From Candidatus Pacearchaeota archaeon (GTDB lineage: Archaea > Nanobdellota > Nanobdellia > Pacearchaeales > UBA284), in the NCBI GenBank assembly GCA_026016245.1, contig CP061211.1, positions 300,001 through 332,000 on the forward strand: a stretch of DNA of 32,000 nucleotides. The letters run 5' to 3'. The stretch's first letter is position 1, and each line of letters starts with the position of its first letter. Below are positions 9,850 to 18,168 of the stretch, one piece after another. Both the position numbers and the translations under genes were made by a program. The notes beneath the pieces were generated by a model, which made no database searches, had not been told where the DNA came from, and saw only the letters and a list, made by a program, of their open reading frames with translations.

Positions 9850-10454
9850 TATATCATATCCATCAATCTGATATCTGATAATTCTTTTATTCTAAAAAAT
9901 TCAGATTCCTTGTCAGATAAAACTTCTTTAATTAATTTAATCTTTTCCTTATTTTTTGAAATAAATATCAAATATCCATTTCTGATTATTTTTTCACACC
10001 ACAAATGATGGTCAGAGTTAAAATTTTTTAATTTAAAATGATTTCTTATAGGGTTATCTAATGGTATAAATTCATTTGGTAAAAAAGTATGAAAAAGTTT
10101 ACAACAAAATGATTTATTCCTCCTTCCAGATTTGTCAATTCCAAATTTTTTATAGAATAAATAAATATTTTTTTTATTTAATATTTCCTTTTTTAATAAT
10201 TTATAATTTTTATCAAGATAGTCTATATGACTTTTTCTTAAATGTAATGCCCATTTATTACTAAACATACCAAAATTAATTTTTTCTTTGTCTAATACTG
10301 TTTTATTATAATATTTAACAAAATCTATTGATCTTTTATCTTTAAAATACTCTCTAAATAATTTAATTAGTTTTTCTTTATCATATTCTTTAAAATCCTC
10401 TTCAATTATCTTACTCACTTGCATAGAATATATCTTATTTCCTTTTTCTTTCAT
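9792..10454 (-). CDS. Hypothetical protein
   Basis: 220 aa ORF; no recognised domain. Confidence 0.5.
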   Translation of the reverse strand: MKEKGNKIYSMQVSKIIEEDFKEYDKEKLIKLFREYFKDKRSIDFVKYYNKTVLDKEKINFGMFSNKWALHLRKSHIDYLDKNYKLLKKEILNKKNIYLFYKKFGIDKSGRRNKSFCCKLFHTFLPNEFIPLDNPIRNHFKLKNFNSDHHLWCEKIIRNGYLIFISKNKEKIKLIKEVLSDKESEFFRIKELSDIRLMDMIYWFILNRRKEKIIKMKRKC

Positions 10455-11086
10455 TTTGTTTTTTCTAGAACCATTATAGTGTTTTTTATTTTATTTTTTT
10501 CTTTTGTTACAATGTCATCCATTTGAACTTTTGTTTGTTTTATTAAGATTTTAAAATTAGCTTTCCTAAATTCAGATTTGGTGAATATTGTTCCTTTATC
10601 ATCCTGCAATATTAGTTTGCCTTTTTTCTTTAGTAGAAGATTAAGATTTTTTAGGATGAGATTTTTATTCTGGAATTTGTTATATTTTCTTTGGTATTCT
10701 TTTGAAAAAATTAATCTCGCAATTATCACATCAAAATTATTTTTATATTCCTTTATTAAATCTTGTGGTATCTTTTCAATATCGACTTTTATTAATTTAA
10801 TTCCTTTAATTTTTATTGGTTTAATAATATCAATACCATAAACTAGAGTTTTTTTAGATTTAAGAAATTTTAAGAAATAAGGTCTTCCATAACCAATCTC
10901 TAAAATTTTTTTATTTTTTAGGATTTTTAGATATTTTTTTAACATATAATAAAGAGGATTATAAAATTGTAAATATCCAAGAGGAGTTTCAGAATTTAAT
11001 TCACGTTTATATTTAGAAATTATTTTTGATGAAGCATGTTTCAATTCTAAAAAACATTTCTTATATAAATTATTATACATTTTCAT
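10451..11086 (-). CDS. Class I SAM-dependent methyltransferase-like protein
   Basis: KILEIGYGRPYFLKFLKSKKTLVYGIDI motif I; LLLKKKGKLILQD. Confidence 0.6.
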   Translation of the reverse strand: MKMYNNLYKKCFLELKHASSKIISKYKRELNSETPLGYLQFYNPLYYMLKKYLKILKNKKILEIGYGRPYFLKFLKSKKTLVYGIDIIKPIKIKGIKLIKVDIEKIPQDLIKEYKNNFDVIIARLIFSKEYQRKYNKFQNKNLILKNLNLLLKKKGKLILQDDKGTIFTKSEFRKANFKILIKQTKVQMDDIVTKEKNKIKNTIMVLEKTK

Positions 11087-12018
11087 CTTATCTTCCTCAA
11101 CTTAGCTATAAAAAATCCTTCTGTGTTATTATCTTGGGGCCATATTCTATGACAATTTTTTACTTGCTCATTAAAAGTCTGGCCTTGCCATTTCACAATA
11201 CCTGGCCTTGTCTTTAATGGCAGCTTGATTTTTTCAACTCTAACATTAAAATTTTTCAGGGCAAAGTCTATTACTGATTCATTTTCTTCTGGAGTAAGAG
11301 TACAAGTGCTGTACACAAGAGTGCCTTGGGGTTTTAGACATTCTATTGCAGATGAGATAAGTTTCTTTTGAAGTGCTGAGAGTCTTTTAATCATGTTTAT
11401 ATTCCACATTTTCAGTATTGTTGAATCACCTCTTATTGTTCCTTCACCAGAACATGGAGCATCAACAAGAATTTTATCAAAAAAGAATCCTGATTTAGCT
11501 AGTTTTTTACATATTGTGAGAGCATTCATTCTTGTAACTATAGTATTCATAACCCCACATCTTTCTAAATTTGATACTAGGGCTTTAAGCCTGTCTATTT
11601 TAACATCATTTGCTATTATTGTTCCTTGGTTTTTCATCATCATAGCTATTTGTGTTGTTTTTGATCCAGGAGCAGCGCAACAATCAAGTATAATTTCTCC
11701 TGCTTTTGGTTCAAGAATAAGAGGGGGCATCATGCTAGCAAGTTCCTGAATGTAATAATAGCCAAGATGGTGTTCTAAAGCCTTGCCTAATTGTCCTGGC
11801 AATAGTTTTGATTTGATTTCTAAAGCATCTCTATATGCTGTATTTTGAATTTCCCATCCTTTATTTTTTAATTTTTCTATTAAATCTTGTCTAGAGATTT
11901 TAAGCAGATTAACACGGATTATTTTTTTAAGTAGTTTTTTCGTATAATCAAAAAAAATATTTGATTCTTCTCCAAGCAGAGCATTAATTCTCTCAACAAA
12001 AAGTTTTTTGGGCTCCAT
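11083..12018 (-). CDS. RsmB/NOP2/Sun family RNA (cytosine-C5) methyltransferase; start probably ATG at 12018
   Basis: ILDCCAAPGSKTTQIA, DVKIDRLKAL, KILVDAPCSGEGTIR, LVYSTCTLTPEENE. Confidence 0.9.
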   Translation of the reverse strand: MEPKKLFVERINALLGEESNIFFDYTKKLLKKIIRVNLLKISRQDLIEKLKNKGWEIQNTAYRDALEIKSKLLPGQLGKALEHHLGYYYIQELASMMPPLILEPKAGEIILDCCAAPGSKTTQIAMMMKNQGTIIANDVKIDRLKALVSNLERCGVMNTIVTRMNALTICKKLAKSGFFFDKILVDAPCSGEGTIRGDSTILKMWNINMIKRLSALQKKLISSAIECLKPQGTLVYSTCTLTPEENESVIDFALKNFNVRVEKIKLPLKTRPGIVKWQGQTFNEQVKNCHRIWPQDNNTEGFFIAKLRKIR

Positions 12019-12019
12019 A

Positions 12020-12358
12020 TTATTTAAAAATATATATTTTAAAAAAATTCTTAATTCCTTTGAATATATTTCCTGTGAAAGCTGTTTTGAACATTCCAAT
12101 AGGGTCTCTAAGACCACAATAAAAAGTTGCCCTTGTCTCTGCTCCAAGTGTTCCTCCCCATTTTCCTTTGTCTTTTACATGATAGATTTCATGAGCTAAA
12201 ACATATCTTTTAACAGAAGGACTACGAGATTTATTTATTTTAATTATTCTTTTTTTTGTATCCACCAAGCCAGATATAGAACAACCCTTGTGTTTTATAG
12301 AATTTAAATATAATAACTTATAAGTTTTCCCATCAATTTTTATTTGCTTTGCTTTCAT
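12020..12358 (-). CDS. Small zincin-like protein (HEIYH)
   Basis: KRYVLAHEIYHVKDKGKWGGTLGAETRATFY. Confidence 0.5.
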   Translation of the reverse strand: MKAKQIKIDGKTYKLLYLNSIKHKGCSISGLVDTKKRIIKINKSRSPSVKRYVLAHEIYHVKDKGKWGGTLGAETRATFYCGLRDPIGMFKTAFTGNIFKGIKNFFKIYIFK

Positions 12359-12371
12359 TTTTCATTCTTTT

Positions 12372-12611
12372 TTATTCTTTCTTAATTTTTTGTTTTCTTT
12401 TCATCTCATTCAAGTCAATTTCAGGAAAAGCATGACTTCTATAGCCACAATTTTTGCATCTATAAACAGTTGGCAAGCCAAGAGCTGTTAAACCACTTAA
12501 GCCTCCCTGATGGCTTATTTGGATATCAATGCTATGACATCTAGGACAGATCTTTACATAATGAGGCTTGATCTCTTTTTCTTTCTTTTTTTTCTTTTTA
12601 AAAGGCCACAT
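12372..12611 (-). CDS. Zinc-ribbon protein
   Basis: CPRCHSIDIQIS...YRCKNCGYRSHAFPEI. Confidence 0.6.
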   Translation of the reverse strand: MWPFKKKKKKEKEIKPHYVKICPRCHSIDIQISHQGGLSGLTALGLPTVYRCKNCGYRSHAFPEIDLNEMKRKQKIKKE

Positions 12612-12663
12612 GAAAGTATAAGATAAGAGAGATTTAATAACTTTTTTACTTAATGTTTCAGAA

Positions 12664-12708
12664 CATAATAAATTTTAAATAACCTTGTTGTTTTGAATTA
12701 TCGACGAA
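12664..12708 (+). repeat. 45-bp direct repeat, copy 1
   Basis: cataataaattttaaataaccttgttgttttgaattatcgacgaa, identical to 21052-21096. Confidence 0.97.
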
Positions 12709-12758
12709 AACAAGAAAAAATTCCTGTTAAATACTTTTACCCTACGTAGTGGGGTAAA

Positions 12759-12774
12759 ATTGCGTCCGCAAAGT
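12759..12774 (+). repeat. 16-nt cassette 5'-segment repeat ATTGCGTCCGCAAAGT (copy 1)
   Basis: Identical at 15932-15947 and 23612-23627; contains TTGCG/CGCAA. Confidence 0.95.
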
Positions 12775-12847
12775 TAAATTTCCATTTCTATCAATCCTGC
12801 CAAAGGCAGACTAAATGTCCGAAGGACTAAGAGGCAAGAACCCTTAA

Positions 12848-13216
12848 TTATTGTTTAGTACCAATAATTATTTCTGTTGCTTCTGGATTAATTGTTTGAC
12901 CAATTACAGGTTTATTATAGACTGCTTGATCAACACCACTTACTTTCCAACCTTCAGATTCAAGATACTCTTTTATTTGATCGGCAAATTGAAAAGCTTC
13001 CCCATCACCCATTACTGCAGTAATCCTAATTTCTCTATTTTTATTAATTTGAAGTACTTGGTCTAATCGTGTCTTTAGCTCGGGAGTTAGAGTTCTTGGT
13101 TGATTGCCTATGTTAACTTGATTTGCAGTTATTCCACCACTTTGATCATAGCTAGTTACATGAATATTCTTTTCATCTTTATTTTCTTTTTCCATTGTTA
13201 CACCCCAATACCCCAA
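12848..13216 (-). CDS. Cassette A, hypothetical protein with GGITANQVNI motif
   Basis: ORF; shares DQ(S/K)GGITAN(Q/K)VNI with the adjacent gene. Confidence 0.6.
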   Translation of the reverse strand: MGYWGVTMEKENKDEKNIHVTSYDQSGGITANQVNIGNQPRTLTPELKTRLDQVLQINKNREIRITAVMGDGEAFQFADQIKEYLESEGWKVSGVDQAVYNKPVIGQTINPEATEIIIGTKQ

Positions 13217-13401
13217 ATTATTAGACCAGCAATTATTGCCACAGCTAAAGGAATTAAAAAATATTTAAACCAAGGATTTTTCCATAATCTTTGCCTTTTT
13301 GGACTCTGGTCTGCTTCTTGTGATGATTTGTGGCTATTTATATTTACTTTATTTGCAGTTATACCTCCTTTCTGATCATGACTTTCTATTTTTACCATCA
13401 T
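13198..13401 (-). CDS. Cassette A, small single-TM protein with GGITANKVNI motif
   Basis: SHDQKGGITANKVNINS and C-terminal TM YFLIPLAVAIIAGLIIWGIGV. Confidence 0.6.
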   Translation of the reverse strand: MMVKIESHDQKGGITANKVNINSHKSSQEADQSPKRQRLWKNPWFKYFLIPLAVAIIAGLIIWGIGV

Positions 13402-13501
13402 AATTACATGGAATAACTTTAAACTTAAATAACTATCGATGATGTTACTGAAAGGGTTCTCGCCTCTTTTTTATTCTAAGAAATGGAAATTTTATTGGAC
13501 T

Positions 13502-13634
13502 TAACATATGCGATTAAGAGAAGTCCGAAGCCCTCGAAAAAATTTCCCTCGTGAAATAGAGCTGGAAATTTTTTCAGAGATGGCGAGGATTTGGGAAAAT
13601 TCTGCAAGAAAGCGAAACCGTTAAATCGCTGTTA
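13502..13634 (+). repeat. attC-like junction site A/B
   Basis: TAACA(TAT)GCGATTAAG ... CGTTAAATCGCTGTTA. Confidence 0.7.
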
Positions 13635-13687
13635 TATCCCCCGCTAGGGTCCGAGCGAAAGCGAGGAAGTCGACCTCGGCGAGCCAT

Positions 13688-14128
13688 TTATAACTTAAAC
13701 TTATAGACTCTCAAAACTCCTTTTGTATAATCAGTAAACATTATCTCTTTTAATTCTATTTTCAAAACAGTGTCAACAAGCTCTGGTTCATGATGAGATA
13801 AATCTCTCTTTTTAGAATAAAATTCTTTAGCTTGTTTTGCTTCTGTTCCGCTCAAAATTTCGGCGATCCCTTCTGCCTGTAAACAAGCTCTTTCTTTTTT
13901 TCCTTGATCATCAATAGCTACACTTACATTTGGATTTATTTTAATATTCTTAACTTTAATACTTTTTCCAGAAGTTACAACATATAATGTAAAACCATCA
14001 ACTATATAGTTTACTGTTGAAGCTCTAGATTCATTCTCAGAACAGGTCGCAATAACACAAACATTCTTGTTTTCAATAAATTGTTTTATTTTTTGTTTCA
14101 TAAATTCGTTTGTTTCTGTCATAATCAT
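13688..14128 (-). CDS. Cassette B, pyridoxamine 5'-phosphate oxidase family protein
   Basis: NVCVIATCSENESRASTVNYIVDGFTLYVVTSGKSIKVKNIKINPNVSVAID. Confidence 0.75.
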   Translation of the reverse strand: MIMTETNEFMKQKIKQFIENKNVCVIATCSENESRASTVNYIVDGFTLYVVTSGKSIKVKNIKINPNVSVAIDDQGKKERACLQAEGIAEILSGTEAKQAKEFYSKKRDLSHHEPELVDTVLKIELKEIMFTDYTKGVLRVYKFKL

Positions 14129-14179
14129 AAGTTAAATCAAAACATTTAATAAACTTTTTCTTTCTGCGAGCCGACGCCG

Positions 14180-14220
14180 ATTAAATATAACATCAGGATT
14201 ATGAGAAGTGCAACGTTCCG
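14180..14220 (+). repeat. Degenerate/rearranged junction B/C
   Basis: ATTAAATATAAC then AGTGCAACGTTCCG; both modules also at junction F/G and post-junction (20176-20187, 20345-20358), but no CTGTTA arm here. Confidence 0.55.
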
Positions 14221-14340
14221 TAGCGAAGCGAAGGAAAAATTCAAAGTAATTTCAGGGGCGTTCTATCAAGCGAACACAGTGAGCAATCAAGAACAAGTAT
14301 TAAGGGGGTAATTTTAGTTTGACATTAGTGAGGGGGGCAA

Positions 14341-14769
14341 TTAAGTAAAACCAACATATCCAGAACTATCTTTAATAATTTCGTGTGGAAATTTTTCTTT
14401 TAATACCTTATATGTCCAATCAAATGCAAAAGAAATTAATTCGGACAATCTATACTTCTCTTCAAGTTTTTGATGCCGACTAAAATCATCTTTATGGAAG
14501 TGTAAATATCCAACAGATTCGTTATCAACTCTAAACCAGGGTTCTTGTCCGTTCTTCCAGAAATTTAAACTGAACACAATCTCATTTGTTTTTACAATAG
14601 AATGATTTGAAAGAGGTTTTTTTGCAAAATTATTTATTCGCACACTGACAGAGTGATTATTTCCTAGATCAAATTTTTTCTGTACTTGAGAATTTTGTCT
14701 CATTCCAGAAGCATCAATCCAAGCATACAAAAAACTCTCAACACCCCAAATATCTAGTGAAGAACCCAT
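14341..14769 (-). CDS. Cassette C, hypothetical protein
   Basis: 142 aa ORF, 4 nt upstream spacing to nuclease-like gene. Confidence 0.55.
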   Translation of the reverse strand: MGSSLDIWGVESFLYAWIDASGMRQNSQVQKKFDLGNNHSVSVRINNFAKKPLSNHSIVKTNEIVFSLNFWKNGQEPWFRVDNESVGYLHFHKDDFSRHQKLEEKYRLSELISFAFDWTYKVLKEKFPHEIIKDSSGYVGFT

Positions 14770-14773
14770 CTTA

Positions 14774-15688
14774 TCACTTGTTATAATTATAAGATTGTTT
14801 TATCAATTCAAATAATTTTATTAATTCTTCTTTATTTTTTATCAAAACCTCATAATCTCCATTTCCCCAGTGCCCTACTATTTTTGGCTTGGTTAAATCT
14901 CTAGCTATTCCGAAAGAATCATTTAATTTTCCGCTTGGAACATTCAAAAATGCTTTTATTGCATTTTTTTGAATTACAATATCAACAAAGTTTGTCGTCA
15001 ATTTGTAGGCAATATACTTTGCTTTTGCTTCTTCAATAATAGAATCGTCTAAACTTGTTATCATTTCCTTCAATTGCATAAACAATTCTTTTATTTCTTT
15101 GGAAGCAACCTGCAAATGAGTTTCAAGAGTATAATTTTTCTGTAATTTTGTTAGTATTTCTTTCTCTCTTTTTCCTTTCTTAAAAATTTTGGTTGTGCTA
15201 ATTCTTATGGCTTTTTGAGATTCTGATTCTACAAACAGAATGTCATCTTCATAAATTCTGTATTTTAAAAGTTCTATTTTTATCGGCAAAATTTCTACTG
15301 TATCCAAGTCAAATTTATTATAGCTCTCTGCTACGCAGATAACTCTTGGGGAAGTCCAATCAATCTTAATATCTATCTTCTTATTTCTGCATAGAATCTC
15401 AAAATCAGCTTTATGGTCTAAAAGCCATCTCAAATAAGATAAACTCTGATTTATAACATTATCATTTTGATTTCTTTTGTATTCAATAATTACAGGAGAA
15501 CCGATTTTATCAATTCCAAGAGTGTCGATTCTTCCGCCAAAACTCGTGCTGTATTCTGTTGCGAGAAAATCAACATTTAAGATAGTAAAAAGATTTTGCT
15601 CAAAAAGTGTTTGTATATTTTTTTCTTTCTCTAAATCAATAGTTGATAATTTAGTCACATTTGAATTTTTTATCTTGAATAAAGCCAT
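14774..15688 (-). CDS. Cassette C, NucS/DUF91-like PD-(D/E)XK nuclease domain with DUF5655-like C-terminus
   Basis: EYSTSFGGRIDTLGIDKIGSPVIIEYKR (D..E.K) and FVDIVIQKNAIKAFLNVPSGKLNDSFGIARDLTKPKIVGHWGNGDYEVLIKN. Confidence 0.75.
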   Translation of the reverse strand: MALFKIKNSNVTKLSTIDLEKEKNIQTLFEQNLFTILNVDFLATEYSTSFGGRIDTLGIDKIGSPVIIEYKRNQNDNVINQSLSYLRWLLDHKADFEILCRNKKIDIKIDWTSPRVICVAESYNKFDLDTVEILPIKIELLKYRIYEDDILFVESESQKAIRISTTKIFKKGKREKEILTKLQKNYTLETHLQVASKEIKELFMQLKEMITSLDDSIIEEAKAKYIAYKLTTNFVDIVIQKNAIKAFLNVPSGKLNDSFGIARDLTKPKIVGHWGNGDYEVLIKNKEELIKLFELIKQSYNYNK

Positions 15689-15797
15689 ATTATTAGTAAG
15701 ATATTAACATATTTATAAATCATTCTTTTTCGTTCGCCCCCACCAATCGTTTTCGTTAAAATTGCCCCCTTCCTTAGCCCCTGAAATTATTGAATAG

Positions 15798-15902
15798 AAC
15801 ATCGGAATTTAACGAAGTCGCCGAAGGCGATTTGGGAGAGGAACGAATTTTGCTTGGCAAAATAGCCGAAGGCGGTCGTTTCGAACCGTTAAATTCCTGT
15901 TA
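15798..15902 (+). repeat. attC-like junction site C/D
   Basis: AACA(TC)GGAATTTAACG ... CGTTAAATTCCTGTTA with internal hairpins CGCC-GAA-GGCG and ATTTTGCTTGGCAAAAT. Confidence 0.78.
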
Positions 15903-15947
15903 GTTTCTTTTCCCATACGTAGTGTGGGAAAATTGCGTCCGCAAAGT

Positions 15948-17149
15948 CGGGAGAAAGGGCGTTCTATCAAATAAGCGAATGCGATACATCGAGAACAAGA
16001 ATCAAGGGGACAACTTTGTTATTTGTAGGAGTTCCTTTATAAATCAATAATTATATAAATATTGAATATTAATCTCATATTATGGATCAGAAACCAATAG
16101 TATTTTTTATTCGAAATAAACCGCAAGATTCAGATATAATAGAATTAAATCTGAAACTAAAAAGAGTATTTGTTGGTTATCCTCCATTCAAAAAAGGAAT
16201 AAGATTTAATGAAAAAAATATCAAATCTTGCACTTATGATATTTCAAAGGATTCTTTTACTAAAGAGGATATTGAAAATCCTGATTTTTATAGAAGGGGA
16301 ATCGCACAAAATATTAATTTGGTTGCAGAAGTCATTCCAGATTCTTTCGTTATTATTCCAAGACCAGAAAGGGGTAATTATTATATTGGGAAGATAAAGA
16401 AATTTGAATTAGTTGATAATCCTAATTGGGCGGATGACTATAAAAAGATTAGACTAGACCAAAAATTAAATTGGGAAGAAAAAGATGTAGGTCATCAATA
16501 CCATGTTGGAGATATTATCCAAAGTTGGATTGTTGAAGAATTTAAATCTGTTTCCCCATTCAAATTTCCTGCATGGATAAGACATTCTCTTTTTGGGAGA
16601 AGTACTATTGGAAGAATAAAAGACTTAGACAAGAATAATCAAGTTTACGATATTATTTCCAAATTATATTCTGGTAAAGATATAAACTTGGCTGATAAAT
16701 CAACAAAGGATAAATTACTTTATTTTTTATCTCCTGAAACTTTTGAACATTTCATATGTAATTTACTTTTATTAGAATTTAAAAAAGATAATCAAGTATG
16801 GGTTCACATTGGTGGTTCAGGAGATGGAGGAATAGATTGTATTGGATTTGATAAAAAAAGTAGAAAAGTTGTAGGGATTGCTCAATGCAAATTAAAGAAA
16901 CAATCTGTCAAGGAAATGAAAAAGTTATTAAGTGATTTAAATCAAAAATTTCAAGGTAATAAATTCATTTGTAATTATTATTGTTCTGAACATATCGAAG
17001 AGGGTAAAGATTTAGAGATATTAAATCAAGAAAGAATATTAAAATTATTTGAGAAACACAAAGATTCAAATTACTGGGAAATTATTTGATGAGGAACTCC
17101 CATTTTTTATTTAAAGTTGTCCCCCTTCTTTTTTTAGCCCTTTCTCCCG
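15948..17149. repeat. Cassette D flanking inverted repeats
   Basis: CGGGAGAAAGGGC (15948-15960) / GCCCTTTCTCCCG (17137-17149), 13 bp perfect; GGGGACAACTTT (16006-16017) / AAAGTTGTCCCC (17113-17124), 12 bp perfect. Confidence 0.96.
16082..17089 (+). CDS. Cassette D, Mrr-like restriction endonuclease domain protein
   Basis: HFICNLLLLEF...GGSGDGGIDCIGFDKKSRKVVGIAQCKLKK. Confidence 0.75.
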   Translation: MDQKPIVFFIRNKPQDSDIIELNLKLKRVFVGYPPFKKGIRFNEKNIKSCTYDISKDSFTKEDIENPDFYRRGIAQNINLVAEVIPDSFVIIPRPERGNYYIGKIKKFELVDNPNWADDYKKIRLDQKLNWEEKDVGHQYHVGDIIQSWIVEEFKSVSPFKFPAWIRHSLFGRSTIGRIKDLDKNNQVYDIISKLYSGKDINLADKSTKDKLLYFLSPETFEHFICNLLLLEFKKDNQVWVHIGGSGDGGIDCIGFDKKSRKVVGIAQCKLKKQSVKEMKKLLSDLNQKFQGNKFICNYYCSEHIEEGKDLEILNQERILKLFEKHKDSNYWEII

Positions 17150-17157
17150 ATTGCACA

Positions 17158-17292
17158 TAACATCGCGATTAAGAGACCTGAAAGGCACGAGGCGAAGCAC
17201 TCGTGAGTTTTTTACGAAGTAAAAAATTTCCCCTGAATGAAATGAAGGGTGGAGCGGAGTGCAACGGAGCGGAGTTTTAATCTGCTGTTCAA
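17158..17292 (+). repeat. attC-like junction site D/E
   Basis: TAACA(TC)GCGATTAAGAG ... TTTTAATCTGCTGTTCAAC; internal TTTTTTAC-GAA-GTAAAAAA hairpin. Confidence 0.65.
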
Positions 17293-17492
17293 CTCTCCTG
17301 AATACTTGGAAGGACGAGGAATAACTGCAAGTGGTTTTTTGCGATGCAAAAAAATTCCGAAGAGTAAGTGTAGATTTGTGGATGGCGGGACGCTAGTAAA
17401 TCCCAATAAATAAAGAGGGTTTGCCGTCTTTTTGCTTCTTTTTTCTAAAAAGAAGATGGGGCACTCTCGTTAGTTTATAGAAATATTAGAGT

Positions 17493-17702
17493 TTATATAC
17501 TGTCCTTGTTTTTTATCAAAGCTACCCTTTCCTTTTGAGTTTCTTTTAACTCCTTTTCAGTCCACAGACCACATTTTTTACATTCTATAACGCTTCGTGT
17601 TTTTCTACCACATCTTGGACATTTTACATAAGGTGTTGTTCTCATTCCTTCTTTCCATTTCCTTATCCATTGTTCAGCAGATTTAACCATTTTTAATCTC
17701 AT
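17493..17702 (-). CDS. Cassette E, small zinc-ribbon protein
   Basis: VKCPRCGRKTRSVIECKKCGLW. Confidence 0.55.
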   Translation of the reverse strand: MRLKMVKSAEQWIRKWKEGMRTTPYVKCPRCGRKTRSVIECKKCGLWTEKELKETQKERVALIKNKDSI

Positions 17703-17712
17703 CTAAATTAGT

Positions 17713-18078
17713 TTAAGGGTATGGAATATATACCCCATTACAAATAATCCCTCCATAAGGTTCAAATTTACAATCTTCAGGTAATAAATGTCCGCAATAT
17801 GCTTTGTCCATAGCCATACATTCTCCATCTGTGCTACATTTTCCAACAACATTTTCTTGAATACAATCTTCTATTAATTCTATTTTGGGTTGGTCATTAT
17901 CGCAGATATTATTGTTATCTTTATCTATACAGCAAAAAGTTCCAACTTTAATATAAGGAGAATTACAAATAACTTCTTGTGATTTGTTGGAATTTGATAT
18001 AAAAATAAAAGCTAAAACAATAACTACAACAAAAGCAATTCCAATCCAAATGTAATTTGTCTTAGGTTTGTCTGCCAT
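17713..18078 (-). CDS. Cassette E, small TM/secreted cysteine-rich protein
   Basis: N-terminal TM IWIGIAFVVVIVLAFIFI, then multiple Cys. Confidence 0.55.
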   Translation of the reverse strand: MADKPKTNYIWIGIAFVVVIVLAFIFISNSNKSQEVICNSPYIKVGTFCCIDKDNNNICDNDQPKIELIEDCIQENVVGKCSTDGECMAMDKAYCGHLLPEDCKFEPYGGIICNGVYIPYP

Positions 18079-18168
18079 TATAAATAAATAGATAACGCCA
18101 TATATAAAAAGTTTTGCTTTTCTTTTTTCGAGAGTGCCCCAATAAAAAACAAGAAAAATATTTGGGTG

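Larger units (their letters stand above)
12776..13492. repeat. Cassette A flanking inverted repeats
   Basis: AAATTTCCATTTCT (12776-12789) / AGAAATGGAAATTT (13479-13492), 14 bp perfect; GAGGCAAGAACCCTT (12831-12845) / AAGGGTTCTCGCCTC (13452-13466), 14/15. Confidence 0.93.
14247..15789. repeat. Cassette C flanking inverted repeats
   Basis: TAATTTCAGGGGC (14247-14259) / GCCCCTGAAATTA (15777-15789), 13 bp perfect; GGGGGTAATTTTA (14304-14316) / TAAAATTGCCCCC (15757-15769), 12/13. Confidence 0.93.
17458..18140. repeat. Cassette E flanking inverted repeat
   Basis: GGGGCACTCTCG (17458-17469) / CGAGAGTGCCCC (18129-18140), 12 bp perfect. Confidence 0.94.

Noticed and set aside
17212-17406. ORF 64 aa minus strand within junction D/E
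   Set aside because: Lies wholly in structured noncoding junction sequence; composition caused by hairpin repeats.
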